The notes beneath the pieces were generated by a model, which had not been told where the DNA came from, searched no databases, and saw nothing but the letters and a program-made list of their open reading frames with translations. The position numbers were made by a program, and so were the translations under genes. DNA of 64,000 nt, from positions 1 through 64,000 of IMG/VR virus record IMGVR_UViG_3300032893_000763; one strand, given 5' to 3'. Below are positions 1 through 9,354 of the stretch, piece by piece. This DNA is from a virus. Each line of letters starts with the position of its first letter. Position 1 is the stretch's first letter.

Positions 1-793
1 TGATCGCGGCGAGTTCGTTGGCGAGCGCCTCGAACTCGCTGTGGCCCGTGACGACACCCTTGAGCGCCTTCACGGCGAGGTCGATCCGCTCCTTGTAGTT
101 CTTCGTGTGCTTGAAGGAGAAGATCACGCCCTGCCGCTTGGCCTGGCCCTCGGCCTGGCCCCGCGTGTTGGCGCAGACGATGCGCACGTCGGTGCCGCCG
201 AAGTTGAGAGCGCCGCCGCCGTCGTGCCGCCAGGTGGCGAAGATGTACGGGTAGACGAAGGAGTCATCGCCCGGCACCTGGAACGGGAAGTCGAGCCGCG
301 CGGTGACGAAGCACGAGGCTCCGTCTTCGAGCGTGCCGCCCGTCTCGTAGTTGATCCGCATGGTGCGGTTGAGGTTCTCGTCCGAGAGGATCTGATCGAG
401 GATGTCCCACGGGACTTCGTTCGGGATCGGCTCGTACGACGCGAGCACGTGGCGGATGGACTTGCCGTGGAGCGGGCCGGGCACGCCGTTGCGAAGCTGC
501 GTGATGACGAGGCCCTTGTCCTTCTCGGAGCGACGGTACGAGCGCCACTCGTAGAGGCCGGTGGGCTTGCCCTCCGACGTGAGCCGCTCGACGCGAACCA
601 TCGGGCCGACGTAGCTCTCGGGGTTGTCGATGATCCGGCCCTCGTCGCCCACGCACGTCTGCACGAGGCCGAAGTCGTGACCGGCGGCGACGAACGCGAC
701 CTCGCGGCCGGGGTACTCCTGGAAGATGTCGTTCTCCAGCCGGTGCCACGAGGGCGTCCGGTAGGTGAACAGCGAGTTGACGAGTGCGCTCAT
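1..793 (-). CDS. DUF932-family phage protein (3' end runs off the window)
   Basis: Not in the ORF track because it is open at the edge. Manual translation MSALVNSLFTYRTPSWHRL...YETGGTLEDGASCFV...HDGGGAL...VRIVCANT...FKHT matches DUF932 motifs. RBS GGAGG upstream. Confidence 0.8.
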   Translation of the reverse strand, partial: MSALVNSLFTYRTPSWHRLENDIFQEYPGREVAFVAAGHDFGLVQTCVGDEGRIIDNPESYVGPMVRVERLTSEGKPTGLYEWRSYRRSEKDKGLVITQLRNGVPGPLHGKSIRHVLASYEPIPNEVPWDILDQILSDENLNRTMRINYETGGTLEDGASCFVTARLDFPFQVPGDDSFVYPYIFATWRHDGGGALNFGGTDVRIVCANTRGQAEGQAKRQGVIFSFKHTKNYKERIDLAVKALKGVVTGHSEFEALANELAAI

Positions 794-809
794 GCCTTCC
801 TCCTTCTTC

Positions 810-821
810 GGTTTTAGATCC
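810..821 (-). promoter_or_regulatory. Asymmetric operator-like 12-mer GGATCTAAAACC (copy 1)
   Basis: Exact copies at 9179-9190 and 13182-13193, all at leftward promoters. Confidence 0.6.
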
Positions 822-831
822 TGATGGCCGT

Positions 832-860
832 ATCGTAGCCACGGTTTAGAATCCTGTCAA
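832..860 (-). promoter_or_regulatory. sigma70-type promoter TTGACA-N17-TACGAT for the DUF932 gene
   Basis: Near-consensus hexamers with 17-nt spacing, upstream of the RBS. Confidence 0.75.
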
Positions 861-920
861 GAGGGAGCCACGATAGAGCTTCGGAGCCCGCATGGTTCCT
901 GCTATAGTGTCGCGCGACAG

Positions 921-1373
921 TTGACCGAATCTCCACAAAATGCGACGACGCTCCACGACCCGAACCGGCCCGTCGAAGGCCCGGCGGTCGTGTACGGGCT
1001 CGTCACCACCTTCGCGCCCGAGCGCATCGTGTACGTCGGTGCGACTGTGCAGCACCCCGCCGCCCGCATCGCCACCGGCACCTACCCCGTGAAGCGGGCC
1101 GAGATCCGGTACACCGTGCTGTGGGCCGGTGATCCCGAGGAGATGTTCGAGGCCGAGCGTGCGTGGATCGAGCGCCTCAGCCCGCCGTGGAACAGGAACG
1201 GCGGTGGAGGCGGGCGCGGCCACACGATAGACGTGGATCGCGCCGTCGCCCTCTACGAGGAGGGCTTGAGCGTGCGCCAGGTGGCGAAGCGTCTCGGGTG
1301 CCACCATGCCACAGTGGCCCGCGCCATCCCCGAGGCGCTGCGGCGCTCGGTAGGCGCGGGCCGGACTCGCTAG
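921..1373 (+). CDS. GIY-YIG-like endonuclease with C-terminal HTH (free-standing homing-endonuclease-like)
   Basis: VVYGL...VYVGAT...R...EAERAWI...PPWN, then an HTH (LYEEGLSVRQVAKRLGCHHATV). Oriented opposite to its neighbours. Confidence 0.65.
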   Translation: MTESPQNATTLHDPNRPVEGPAVVYGLVTTFAPERIVYVGATVQHPAARIATGTYPVKRAEIRYTVLWAGDPEEMFEAERAWIERLSPPWNRNGGGGGRGHTIDVDRAVALYEEGLSVRQVAKRLGCHHATVARAIPEALRRSVGAGRTR

Positions 1374-1625
1374 CGCGAGAAGATCGGCACGCAGACGTAG
1401 GCGTAGTCGCCCTCGTCGGGGCTCTCGCGCTCCGCGAGCCACTGCGCGAGCGTGGCCTCGGCGGCGAGCATCGCGCTCTCCTCCGAGTCGAACGGGCCCG
1501 ACGGCGTGCACGAGACGGTCGAACGCCTCGGCCTGGAGGTCGATCCACACGTAGACCCACCCGTCCGCTGCCTGGCCCCGAGCGCGGTCGAGCCGCGCGA
1601 GGAGGTCAACCACGTTGGAGGGCAA
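1370..1625 (-). pseudogene. Small hypothetical gene with a single-base frameshift near 1495
   Basis: LPSNVVDLL...RLVHAVG in one frame continues as PFDSEESAMLAAEATLAQWL in another across GGGCCCG. Confidence 0.45.
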
Positions 1626-2087
1626 GCCCCCGCCGCCAGGGGCTTCCCCCATCACGCTACGCATCGTCGCCACGGTCGCGCCGCTCATCGGCCTCGTGCG
1701 TCTGCTCCAGGAGTGCGACGACGATGCCACCCCGCTCTCTGACGCACAGAAGCGGAAGCTCTACGCCGCGTTCGACGCACAGGTGCACGACTTCCGGGTG
1801 GCGCTCGGAGTCCCTGACGCCGCCGTGCCGGTAGCGCGGGAGCAGGTGGTGTTGCTTGTGCAGCGTCTCACGCATCTCCCTCTGCTTGCGCACGAGGTAG
1901 ACGAGCAGCATGAGGTTCATGACGACCACCACGAAGGTGATCCCCGAACGCACGACCTCGTACCAATCCAGCGCCGTCCACGTGTTAGTTGAAATGACCA
2001 TCCGTGACTCCTCTCGTTGGTTGATCCCGGCCCGCCTCCGATCACGAGGAGGGGAGGAGGATGAAGGCGGGCCGGAACCGTGCGAGG

Positions 2088-2867
2088 TCAGGCAGCGACC
2101 TCGGTCGCGCTCTCCATCACGTGCGAGAACCACGCGGCGGAGAACTCCATGATGTCGATGCCCGCGAGATGCGCGGCGTCGAGCGAGAGGCCGAGTACCT
2201 GCTCGACCGCCTGCGTGAGCGCCTTGCCGGGCAGCTTGTTGCGCACGGCGTCGTCGCGGAGCGCGGCGACCACCGGGCCGAGTTCCCGTCCGATGGACTG
2301 GACGGCCATGACGACGCCGAGCGACTCGTCCGCGACGTGCTGCTCGACCACACGCTCCGCCTGGACGAGCACCTGCGACGGGGAGAGTTCCTTCCCCTCC
2401 GCGATGACGCCGGTCGGCGTGGCAGTCGCGGGCGTTGCGGCGCGGCGCGGCTCCCTCGGCTCGGTGGGCGCGGGCGCGGGCCTCTCCTGCATGAGCCCGG
2501 CCTCCTGGAGCGCCTCCTTGGTGATCTTGGAGCGCCCATCCTCGACGCGGGCCGCGAACTCCTTGGCGACCCAATAGCGGATGGACACCTTGAACGACTC
2601 GCGCTCGTCGGGGTCGGGGATCGCGTTCTCGTACAGCGTGGCGATGGCCCCACGGTACTGCGGCGTCTCGCCCCGGTAGTCCGGCCTGCCGTCCTTCTCG
2701 AACGTGAGCCGGAGGTTGACGATGGCCTTGGCGATCTTCGCCATCGCCTTCTTCACATCGCCATACGAGGCGAACGCACGTGCAGCGTTGGCGACCGCCT
2801 GCTTCTGATGAGGGGTCAGGGACTCCTCGACGGTGGCCTCGGCTGCGGCTGCGGCTTCGGTTGTCAT
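2088..2867 (-). CDS. Hypothetical protein, 259 aa
   Basis: Strong codon bias, GGAGG RBS, upstream TTGACA-N18-TAGCCT promoter. Confidence 0.8.
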   Translation of the reverse strand: MTTEAAAAAEATVEESLTPHQKQAVANAARAFASYGDVKKAMAKIAKAIVNLRLTFEKDGRPDYRGETPQYRGAIATLYENAIPDPDERESFKVSIRYWVAKEFAARVEDGRSKITKEALQEAGLMQERPAPAPTEPREPRRAATPATATPTGVIAEGKELSPSQVLVQAERVVEQHVADESLGVVMAVQSIGRELGPVVAALRDDAVRNKLPGKALTQAVEQVLGLSLDAAHLAGIDIMEFSAAWFSHVMESATEVAA

Positions 2868-2977
2868 GCTGTGCCTCCTTCGTTCCGGTAGCGTGAACTT
2901 TTCACGCTGCCTGGTTACTTGAAGGCTAAGCGACGACCGAAGGATCTGTCAAGTGCGAGTTAGCTCGCTGCGAGGGA

Positions 2978-3268
2978 TTAGCAGGGAGTGGAGTAGCCCT
3001 CGCGGAGCCATGCCTCTGCGATGAGTTCCTCGCAGCGGTCGGCCGCACGTTGACGCTCCTTGCGCGAGTGCGAGTGCGCCCGGAGCGAGTGGACACAGAC
3101 AACGGCCGGATCGTCCGGCTGCTCGACTGCGAAGATGGAGAGCCCGCCAACTTGGAGACGGTTGGCCTCGGCCTTGAGCATGTCGCCCACAAGATCGTCG
3201 CCGTGCTCGTACTCGACTGCCGCAAGGTCGTTGATGTGGTGCACGACCCGATCCACTGTTCCGCTCAA
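2978..3268 (-). CDS. Hypothetical protein
   Basis: GAGGAGG RBS and upstream TTGACA-N18-TAACTT promoter. Confidence 0.6.
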   Translation of the reverse strand: MSGTVDRVVHHINDLAAVEYEHGDDLVGDMLKAEANRLQVGGLSIFAVEQPDDPAVVCVHSLRAHSHSRKERQRAADRCEELIAEAWLREGYSTPC

Positions 3269-3918
3269 GACCCCGTACCTCCTCTGTTGTTGACCGCTGT
3301 CTTACAAGTTACAAGTTATGTGACTTGCAGAGGTTCTGTCAAGCTCTCAGTCCGAATATGACCCGTGCGAGTCATACGTCCAGGCGTCGGAGCCCGCGTC
3401 GAGGCGGGTACCGGCCACGGTGTCGATGAAGGCGTAGCCCTCCTCCAGCGGCCACGCGGCAGCCTCGGCCTCAGCCCACTCGTCCCACGACGTGCAGTAG
3501 GCTTCCTCGTCGCCCACGACACGCACGAGCGCGAAGCGCCCGGTCTTGAAGGTATCTGCCCCGACCGCCCCGGTGGCCTGCGGCGTTCCCTCCGCCTCCT
3601 GCTCGGGTACCTCTAGCGACGGGGCAGTCTCGTGGTCATCCGTGATGCAGCACGTCGGCGTGCAGTCCGCGCCACCGCAGATGAGGCAGCCGTACCGCTC
3701 GTGCTCCTCCGCGATGGTGCCGCCGAACTTCGGATCGAGCGCCTCCTCGGGCTCGGGGATCTCCAGTCCGGCAGCGCGGAGCACGCCCTTCGGCCGCACG
3801 CTGAGTGCGCCGTCGCGCTCGCGCTCGATGTCGGCGTAGGAGTCGGTGCACACGGTGCTCGTGCCGACGATCCGCCAGGAGTCGCCCGCGCCGTCGGTGA
3901 ACGTGAACGGGCCGGTCT

Positions 3919-4308
3919 TCACGGCTTGAACGGCTCGATGTGGATATGGACGGGGTAGTCCTGATGCGCGGAGCGGAGCATGTTCGCCATGTTGATCGCT
4001 CCTTGCGGATTCCATGAGTGGATCGTGACCTTCGGCGGGACAAGCCGGAGCGCGACCATCGCCCGCACGAGGTCGAGGCCCGTCTCCTCCGAGCGCCCGG
4101 CGAGGAAGATCGCGTGCGCTTGGTTGGGGTCGGCCTTCTGCATCTCGGCGTACGTCTCGGGCATCTCGATGTGGTCGAGGCCGAGGTCGTGGTCGAGCGA
4201 GCACTCCTCGATCTCCGTATGGAGCAGAAGCCGAACCGCCTCCTGGTTGGTGCGAGCCCACAGCCACCCCTCAGGAGCCGGGCGAATGTCGTCGTGCCAC
4301 AGCTTCAC
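3919..4308 (-). CDS. Cyclic-phosphate-processing receiver-like domain protein (cREC_REC-type)
   Basis: KLWHDDIRPAP...WART...SLDHDLG...TGLD...IHSWNP motif set. GTG start at 4308. Confidence 0.75.
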   Translation of the reverse strand: MKLWHDDIRPAPEGWLWARTNQEAVRLLLHTEIEECSLDHDLGLDHIEMPETYAEMQKADPNQAHAIFLAGRSEETGLDLVRAMVALRLVPPKVTIHSWNPQGAINMANMLRSAHQDYPVHIHIEPFKP

Positions 4309-5916
4309 GAACGCCTCTTGAGCCTGCGCATCTCGCGGTTGCTCGGTGTGATGTTCGCGCCCTGCTTGCGCCCGCACCGGCAGGTGATGACGGAGACACG
4401 CTTGCCGTCGATCACGGCCGTGTAGAGCGTCTTCGGGTGCCGCCGTGCAGCGCAGTAGATCGCGTACAAGAAGTTCGGGAGCAGCTTCTCAACCACGGCG
4501 GACATCGCGGATTGTGGGTCTGTCACGGCTTGAGCACCTCCGCGCGGTTGATCTCGACCATGAACAGGTCGGGCGCACCTTCGGTGCCGATGACTAGCCA
4601 GCGATGGTCGCCCAACCAGATGAGCAAGTCACCTTCGCCAATCTCCTTGCGCAGCGCGCCCTCGATCCACTCGGCGTAGCCGTCGAGAACGGCATCCGCG
4701 CCCCACTCCGGCTTTTTTGCGGCCGACGGTTCGCGCTTCACTTCGCCACCACCTTGCCGCAGCGGCGGCACGTCTTGAGGATGCCCTTCGCGCCGATGTC
4801 CCATAGCGGAGGGGACACTCGGCGGATCTGCCAGTCATGCCGGAACGGCAGACATCTTTTCGCGGCCTCTGATGTGCGAGACGGGTCAGGCATAGATCGT
4901 CACCGCCATCCGCGTCGGCTCCGTCGCCGTGTATCGACCCGGTTCCGCGTACAGCGCCGCAGTCGCGCGGGCAGGCTGCGCGGCGAGATCAGCCTTGGTC
5001 GGCTTCCGCTTCCTCGCGGCCGAGCGGTCGGGTGCGTTCAACGTCCCCACCGTCGATCCACACGACGCCCCTGGACTGCGACGATGCCTACCGCGACGAG
5101 CGCGACGATGAGCACGACAGCGCAGACGATGTAGTCGAGCATCACGCACGACCCTTCGCGGCCTTGGAATGGTCTGAATCAGCCGACACGCTCGACCTCC
5201 TGCCCGATGTTGCCGTTGTCGAGCCGGACGAGCTTGTGCGTCTCACGGTGGACGCGGTAGCCGTCGTTCCACAGCCGCTCGTAGAGATCGGCAGCGTGGG
5301 ACTCATCGTTCGCGTCGATGACGACCTTGTGCGTGGTCATCATCACGCGCTTGTTTGCGGCCTTATCTATGGGTTCGCTGCCCGAAGTCGGCGGAGGCAA
5401 AGGGGGAGCCTTACGACCGTTCGCGGCCTTGGAGGGGCCGCGATCACAACTCTGTCCGCTTTCAATCATGCGCTTACTGTAGCCGAGCCGCTCCGAGTTT
5501 GCAAGTGCCGCCGCCCGCGCCCGGCACGGCGATCCACGCACGTACCGCACGCCTCGGTGTAGTTCGACTGCTCGGTGCCGCACTCGGAGCAGCGGGGCTC
5601 AACCTCGTGGATGCGCGACGGCATGAGGAAGTGTCCCTGCGTCCGAAGCTCGTGCAGGCGGCGGGACGTGCGCCGCGCGATGCGCTGCTTCGACTTGTTC
5701 GTCTCCACAGGCACCGCGCGGAATGAGTCCTTGGTGACGAACCTATGCACGCTTGATGGTGCGAGTGATCGCGGGCTCGGTGACGACGCCCTCCGTGCAG
5801 ATGCGGGCGAACCTCGGCCAGTTGAGCCGGAGCGTGCCGGGCCGACGAAGGCGTGCGAGCCGGACGTGCTTGACGCCGTGCTCCTTGCGGATGCTGCGAG
5901 CCTTGGTGGCGTTCAT
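4305..5916 (-). other. Array of small translationally coupled hypothetical genes, some with CxxC pairs
   Basis: Overlapping start/stop ORFs such as 4305-4526, 4886-5149 and 5466-5750. Confidence 0.55.
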
Positions 5917-6266
5917 CAGAACTTCTTACCTCCCTCTGCCCTGCGGGCTTCGTGCGTGTGGTCGGCGCGGATCGCGTTGTACGCCCGCTTCTCTTGGTAC
6001 GCCCCTTCGAGGTCGTAGCCGTAGGCGTCGGCGTAGTCGAAGATGCGGATGAGCGCATCGGCAAGCTCGACCTCCGCCATGAGGCGGTGCGGCAGCTTGT
6101 CGTCCATCAGGCCCTTGCGCTCGCCCTCCATCGCCTCTGCGATCTCCGAGACGATGAGCATGAGAAGCTCGCCCCGGTTGCGCTGGATGGGCTCGCCCGT
6201 GACGACATCGACCCACCACTTGATGTTGTCGGCGTGCGACTGCGCCGCGTAGTCGTTGAGGTTCAC
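5916..6266 (-). CDS. MazG-like all-alpha NTP pyrophosphohydrolase
   Basis: LMLIVSEIAEAMEG...EVELADALIRIFD carries the ExxE...ExxD metal motif. Confidence 0.8.
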   Translation of the reverse strand: MNLNDYAAQSHADNIKWWVDVVTGEPIQRNRGELLMLIVSEIAEAMEGERKGLMDDKLPHRLMAEVELADALIRIFDYADAYGYDLEGAYQEKRAYNAIRADHTHEARRAEGGKKF

Positions 6267-6550
6267 CTGCGGTTGTTGAGGTCGAGGTTCTCCTCGGCCA
6301 CGTCTTCGAGCGAGACGCCGAGTTCCGTGGCGCAGGCGGACACGTACCACAGCGCCTTGCCGATCTCGCGCTTGATCGTGGCCTGTGCGTCGGGCGTCAC
6401 GCCATCCTTCAAGAGTCCGAGCAGCGCCTCCGAGACGCTACCGGACGCGGCCGAGAGCCCCGCGACGGCGAACATGAAGCCGGGGTTGTCGCCCTGGCCG
6501 GGGTAGGTGGCCTGCTTGTCCTGCTCGTGCTGGTAGTCCTTGAACTCCAT
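6263..6550 (-). CDS. MazG-like protein with degenerate catalytic motif
   Basis: MEFKDYQ...ATYP...GLSAASGSVSE...EIGKALWY...SLEDVAEENL follows the family pattern, but acidic residues are replaced. Confidence 0.65.
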   Translation of the reverse strand: MEFKDYQHEQDKQATYPGQGDNPGFMFAVAGLSAASGSVSEALLGLLKDGVTPDAQATIKREIGKALWYVSACATELGVSLEDVAEENLDLNNRR

Positions 6551-6560
6551 ACGTTCCTCC

Positions 6561-9137
6561 TCAGACGATGTTGAGCGGTTCCTGGATGTGCAGCCCGTGG
6601 ATCAGTGCCGCGTGCAGCGGTGTGACCGAGCCCGGCCCCACCACGCCGTCGTGCGAAGTGATCTCCGGGTAACGCTCGCGGAAGTAGGCGAGCATCGCAC
6701 GGCTGCGGCCCGGAAGCTGGATGTCCACCTTCCGAGTCTCGATCAAGCCGACGAGTTCCTTGGCCCGCACCCACGTGCCGCGCCCCTCGCCGTCGGCCCA
6801 CACGGTCGGGTTGCCGTTGGCGTCCCGGATGCTGAGCCCCGCCTTGAGCGCCGACTCGTACACGTTCTCGGCGTTGTCGCCCGAGAGACTGCGCTCGCGG
6901 TAGCTGAGATCCATCTCCACCGGCAGGTCGGGAGCCGACTCCTCGCCGTGCAAGAGAGCGTCCGTGCAGAAGGCGCGGAGTGTGGCCCACCCGGCTTTGA
7001 GCACCTGTGCGTTGTAGATGGGCCGGTCTTCCGCCGGGGCGTAGTCGAGCGGCGGGAGTTCCGGGTTGGTGAGCAGGAAGGCGTGGAGCGCCCGCGCGAA
7101 GCCTTCGAGCGGCTTGTGCTTGATCGTGTTGAGCGCCGTCTTGTTCTGCCACGCCCGGCTCGGCGTGATGACTACGGTGCGGTCGCGCTCGCGGTCAAGC
7201 TCGAACGTGTCCTCGCCCGCCACGATGCACGGTGCCGTGACGCGGTACGTCTGGATCGTGAGGTCGGCCTGCCCGCGCTCCATCAGTCCGCCCGCGTACA
7301 GGTTCGGAATCGCGCCCTGGAACGTCTCGCGCGAGTCGCGGCGCGAGAGCCTCGTCCACTCGTCCACGAAGATCGGGATGGTGGTCGTGGACGCGAGCGT
7401 CTTGGCGAGCGCGAACGGGGTGATGGCCCCGAGGTCGCACGTGATGTTCGAGCCCATCAGACGCATCGCCCGATCCGCGAGCGTGGACTTGCCGACGCCG
7501 GACGAGCCGCCGATGAACAGGAGCGGGAAGTTCTGTACCTCGTGCCGCCGTGCACTGGCGACGAGCCACGCGAGCAGCGGGTGCATGACGCTGGAGTCGC
7601 TGAGGTTGAGGAAGGCGTCGAGCCACTCCCACTGGAACGGCTCGGTGCCGTGCGGGATCGGGAGCAGCACGCGGTCGGACACGTCCGTCGCGGACTTCCC
7701 GGTCGGTGCGTAGCGCCACGGAAGATCGCCCGCGTATTCTCCCTTCGGGTACACGACGGTCGGCCCGGCGAAGTGGTACTCCTCCGGCGGGAGATGCACG
7801 CCCACCTGCTCCGTCTGGAAGACCTCCGGCACGATGGCACCCTCGGCCTCGATGTACTCCGCGAGCAGCTTGCGGTCAGAGTCCGAGCCGGTGAAGATCA
7901 TCTCGTGCTTGTTCGCCCACTTGTTGAGCGCCTGCACGGTGGCGAGATCCGAGAGCCGGATGACAGTGCGCTCGCTCGTCGCACGCGAGTGCACGATGGC
8001 GTCGTAGCCGGGGTCTTCCCCGCCGACGAGCCGGGCGAGCGGCTCGACCCACCACGTCGTGACCGAGCGCAGTCCGCCGTTCTGTGTCGGGCGGATGTAG
8101 CCGCCGGGGGCCTGCGTCAGGTCGGCGGGCCGTTCGAGCGGGAGCTTCGCGTGCGTGAGCAGCGTCTTGATGCTCGGCCGAGCGGCGCGGAGGTCGCGGA
8201 GATGCGGCAGGGAGCAGACGCGAATGTCCGAGTGGCCGAAGCCGACGAGCGCCTCGATCCACCGCCGCGTGGCAGCTACGCCCGCGCGGTCAGGGTCGAA
8301 CGCGAGGTAGATCGTGCCGCCGCGTCCGAGGAAGTCGAGTTGCTCCTGCGTCGGCGGCTTCTGTGCGCCGGACGGAAGCGCGAACACGTCGAGCGGGATG
8401 CCTTCCTTGGCAGCCATGAAGCCCGCGAACACGCCGTCGGACTCGCCCTCGGTGAGCAGGCAGTCGCGGTAGCGGCGACCGAGCCAAGCGCCGTAGAGCG
8501 CCGTGTACTTGGAGCCCGGCAGGGACTCCTTGTGCTCGCCCGTGCGCACCTTGCAGCCGGTGATGTTCCCGGCTGCGTCCCAATGCGGCATGAGGATCGC
8601 GTTCGTGTCGGGGTCGAGGCCCCACCCCCACGTCGAGCGCAGGTACAAGTCCCACTCGTGCGCGAGCGTGGCCGAGTCCTCATTCGAGACGAACCCGAGG
8701 CGCAGCGCGAGCAGCCCGTCCTTCTCGACGGCGCGGTTCCGCGCGACGTTGACGCGGTTGATCCAATCGTCCGGCTGCGGGCGCTTCTCGCGCGGGATCG
8801 CAGCGGGCGCGACATAGCCCGGAGGCATCGACGCGAGGATGACCTGTGCGAACTCGACCGCCTGCGGGAACGTCATCCCCTTGGTGCGCCGGATGAGGTC
8901 GAAGATGTCGCCACCGAATCCGCACGGCTGGCACCACCACCGGACGATACCGTCGTCGCCGTCCCACAGGTAGAAGCTCTCGTGTTGATCGTCGTGGAAC
9001 GGGCAGTACGCTTCGCCGTTGGCGTCCAAGAACGGGCCGGGTGCGCCCTCGTCCGTGAGGTACTTCGCCACCGTGGTGATCGGCAGGCGAGCCCGCAGTT
9101 CGTCCTTGTCCGGGCCGAACAGGTCGGTGTCGCTCAA
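6561..9137 (-). CDS. DNA primase-helicase (CHC2 zinc finger, TOPRIM, P-loop NTPase)
   Basis: CPFHDD...WWCQPCGFGGD; LTEGESD...FDPDRAG; GSSGVGKST Walker A; FVDE Walker B. Confidence 0.9.
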   Translation of the reverse strand: MSDTDLFGPDKDELRARLPITTVAKYLTDEGAPGPFLDANGEAYCPFHDDQHESFYLWDGDDGIVRWWCQPCGFGGDIFDLIRRTKGMTFPQAVEFAQVILASMPPGYVAPAAIPREKRPQPDDWINRVNVARNRAVEKDGLLALRLGFVSNEDSATLAHEWDLYLRSTWGWGLDPDTNAILMPHWDAAGNITGCKVRTGEHKESLPGSKYTALYGAWLGRRYRDCLLTEGESDGVFAGFMAAKEGIPLDVFALPSGAQKPPTQEQLDFLGRGGTIYLAFDPDRAGVAATRRWIEALVGFGHSDIRVCSLPHLRDLRAARPSIKTLLTHAKLPLERPADLTQAPGGYIRPTQNGGLRSVTTWWVEPLARLVGGEDPGYDAIVHSRATSERTVIRLSDLATVQALNKWANKHEMIFTGSDSDRKLLAEYIEAEGAIVPEVFQTEQVGVHLPPEEYHFAGPTVVYPKGEYAGDLPWRYAPTGKSATDVSDRVLLPIPHGTEPFQWEWLDAFLNLSDSSVMHPLLAWLVASARRHEVQNFPLLFIGGSSGVGKSTLADRAMRLMGSNITCDLGAITPFALAKTLASTTTIPIFVDEWTRLSRRDSRETFQGAIPNLYAGGLMERGQADLTIQTYRVTAPCIVAGEDTFELDRERDRTVVITPSRAWQNKTALNTIKHKPLEGFARALHAFLLTNPELPPLDYAPAEDRPIYNAQVLKAGWATLRAFCTDALLHGEESAPDLPVEMDLSYRERSLSGDNAENVYESALKAGLSIRDANGNPTVWADGEGRGTWVRAKELVGLIETRKVDIQLPGRSRAMLAYFRERYPEITSHDGVVGPGSVTPLHAALIHGLHIQEPLNIV

Positions 9138-9178
9138 GTCTTCTCCTCCTCGCTGGTAGTGAGGTTCGAGTGTAGCAG

Positions 9179-9190
9179 GGTTTTAGATCC
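9179..9190 (-). promoter_or_regulatory. GGATCTAAAACC copy 2, directly upstream of the TGC-TACACT -10 of the primase-helicase gene
   Basis: Exact repeat adjacent to an extended -10. Confidence 0.6.
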
Positions 9191-9354
9191 GGGGCCTCGT
9201 CAGCCCCGGATCACGTCGATGAAGAAGACCTTGCCGTCGGCCTTCAACCTTGCAGCCTCGGCCTCCGCAGCCTTGGCGATGGCCGCTGCGAGCGCCTCGA
9301 CGCTCGCGGCCGACTCGGCCGCGAGCGCGATGGTGATGGTGACGCCGTACGTGC

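Noticed and set aside
1615-2001. Overlapping opposite-strand ORFs, each partly protein-like
   Set aside because: Cannot determine true boundaries. May be two convergent genes extended by an indel, so left uncalled.
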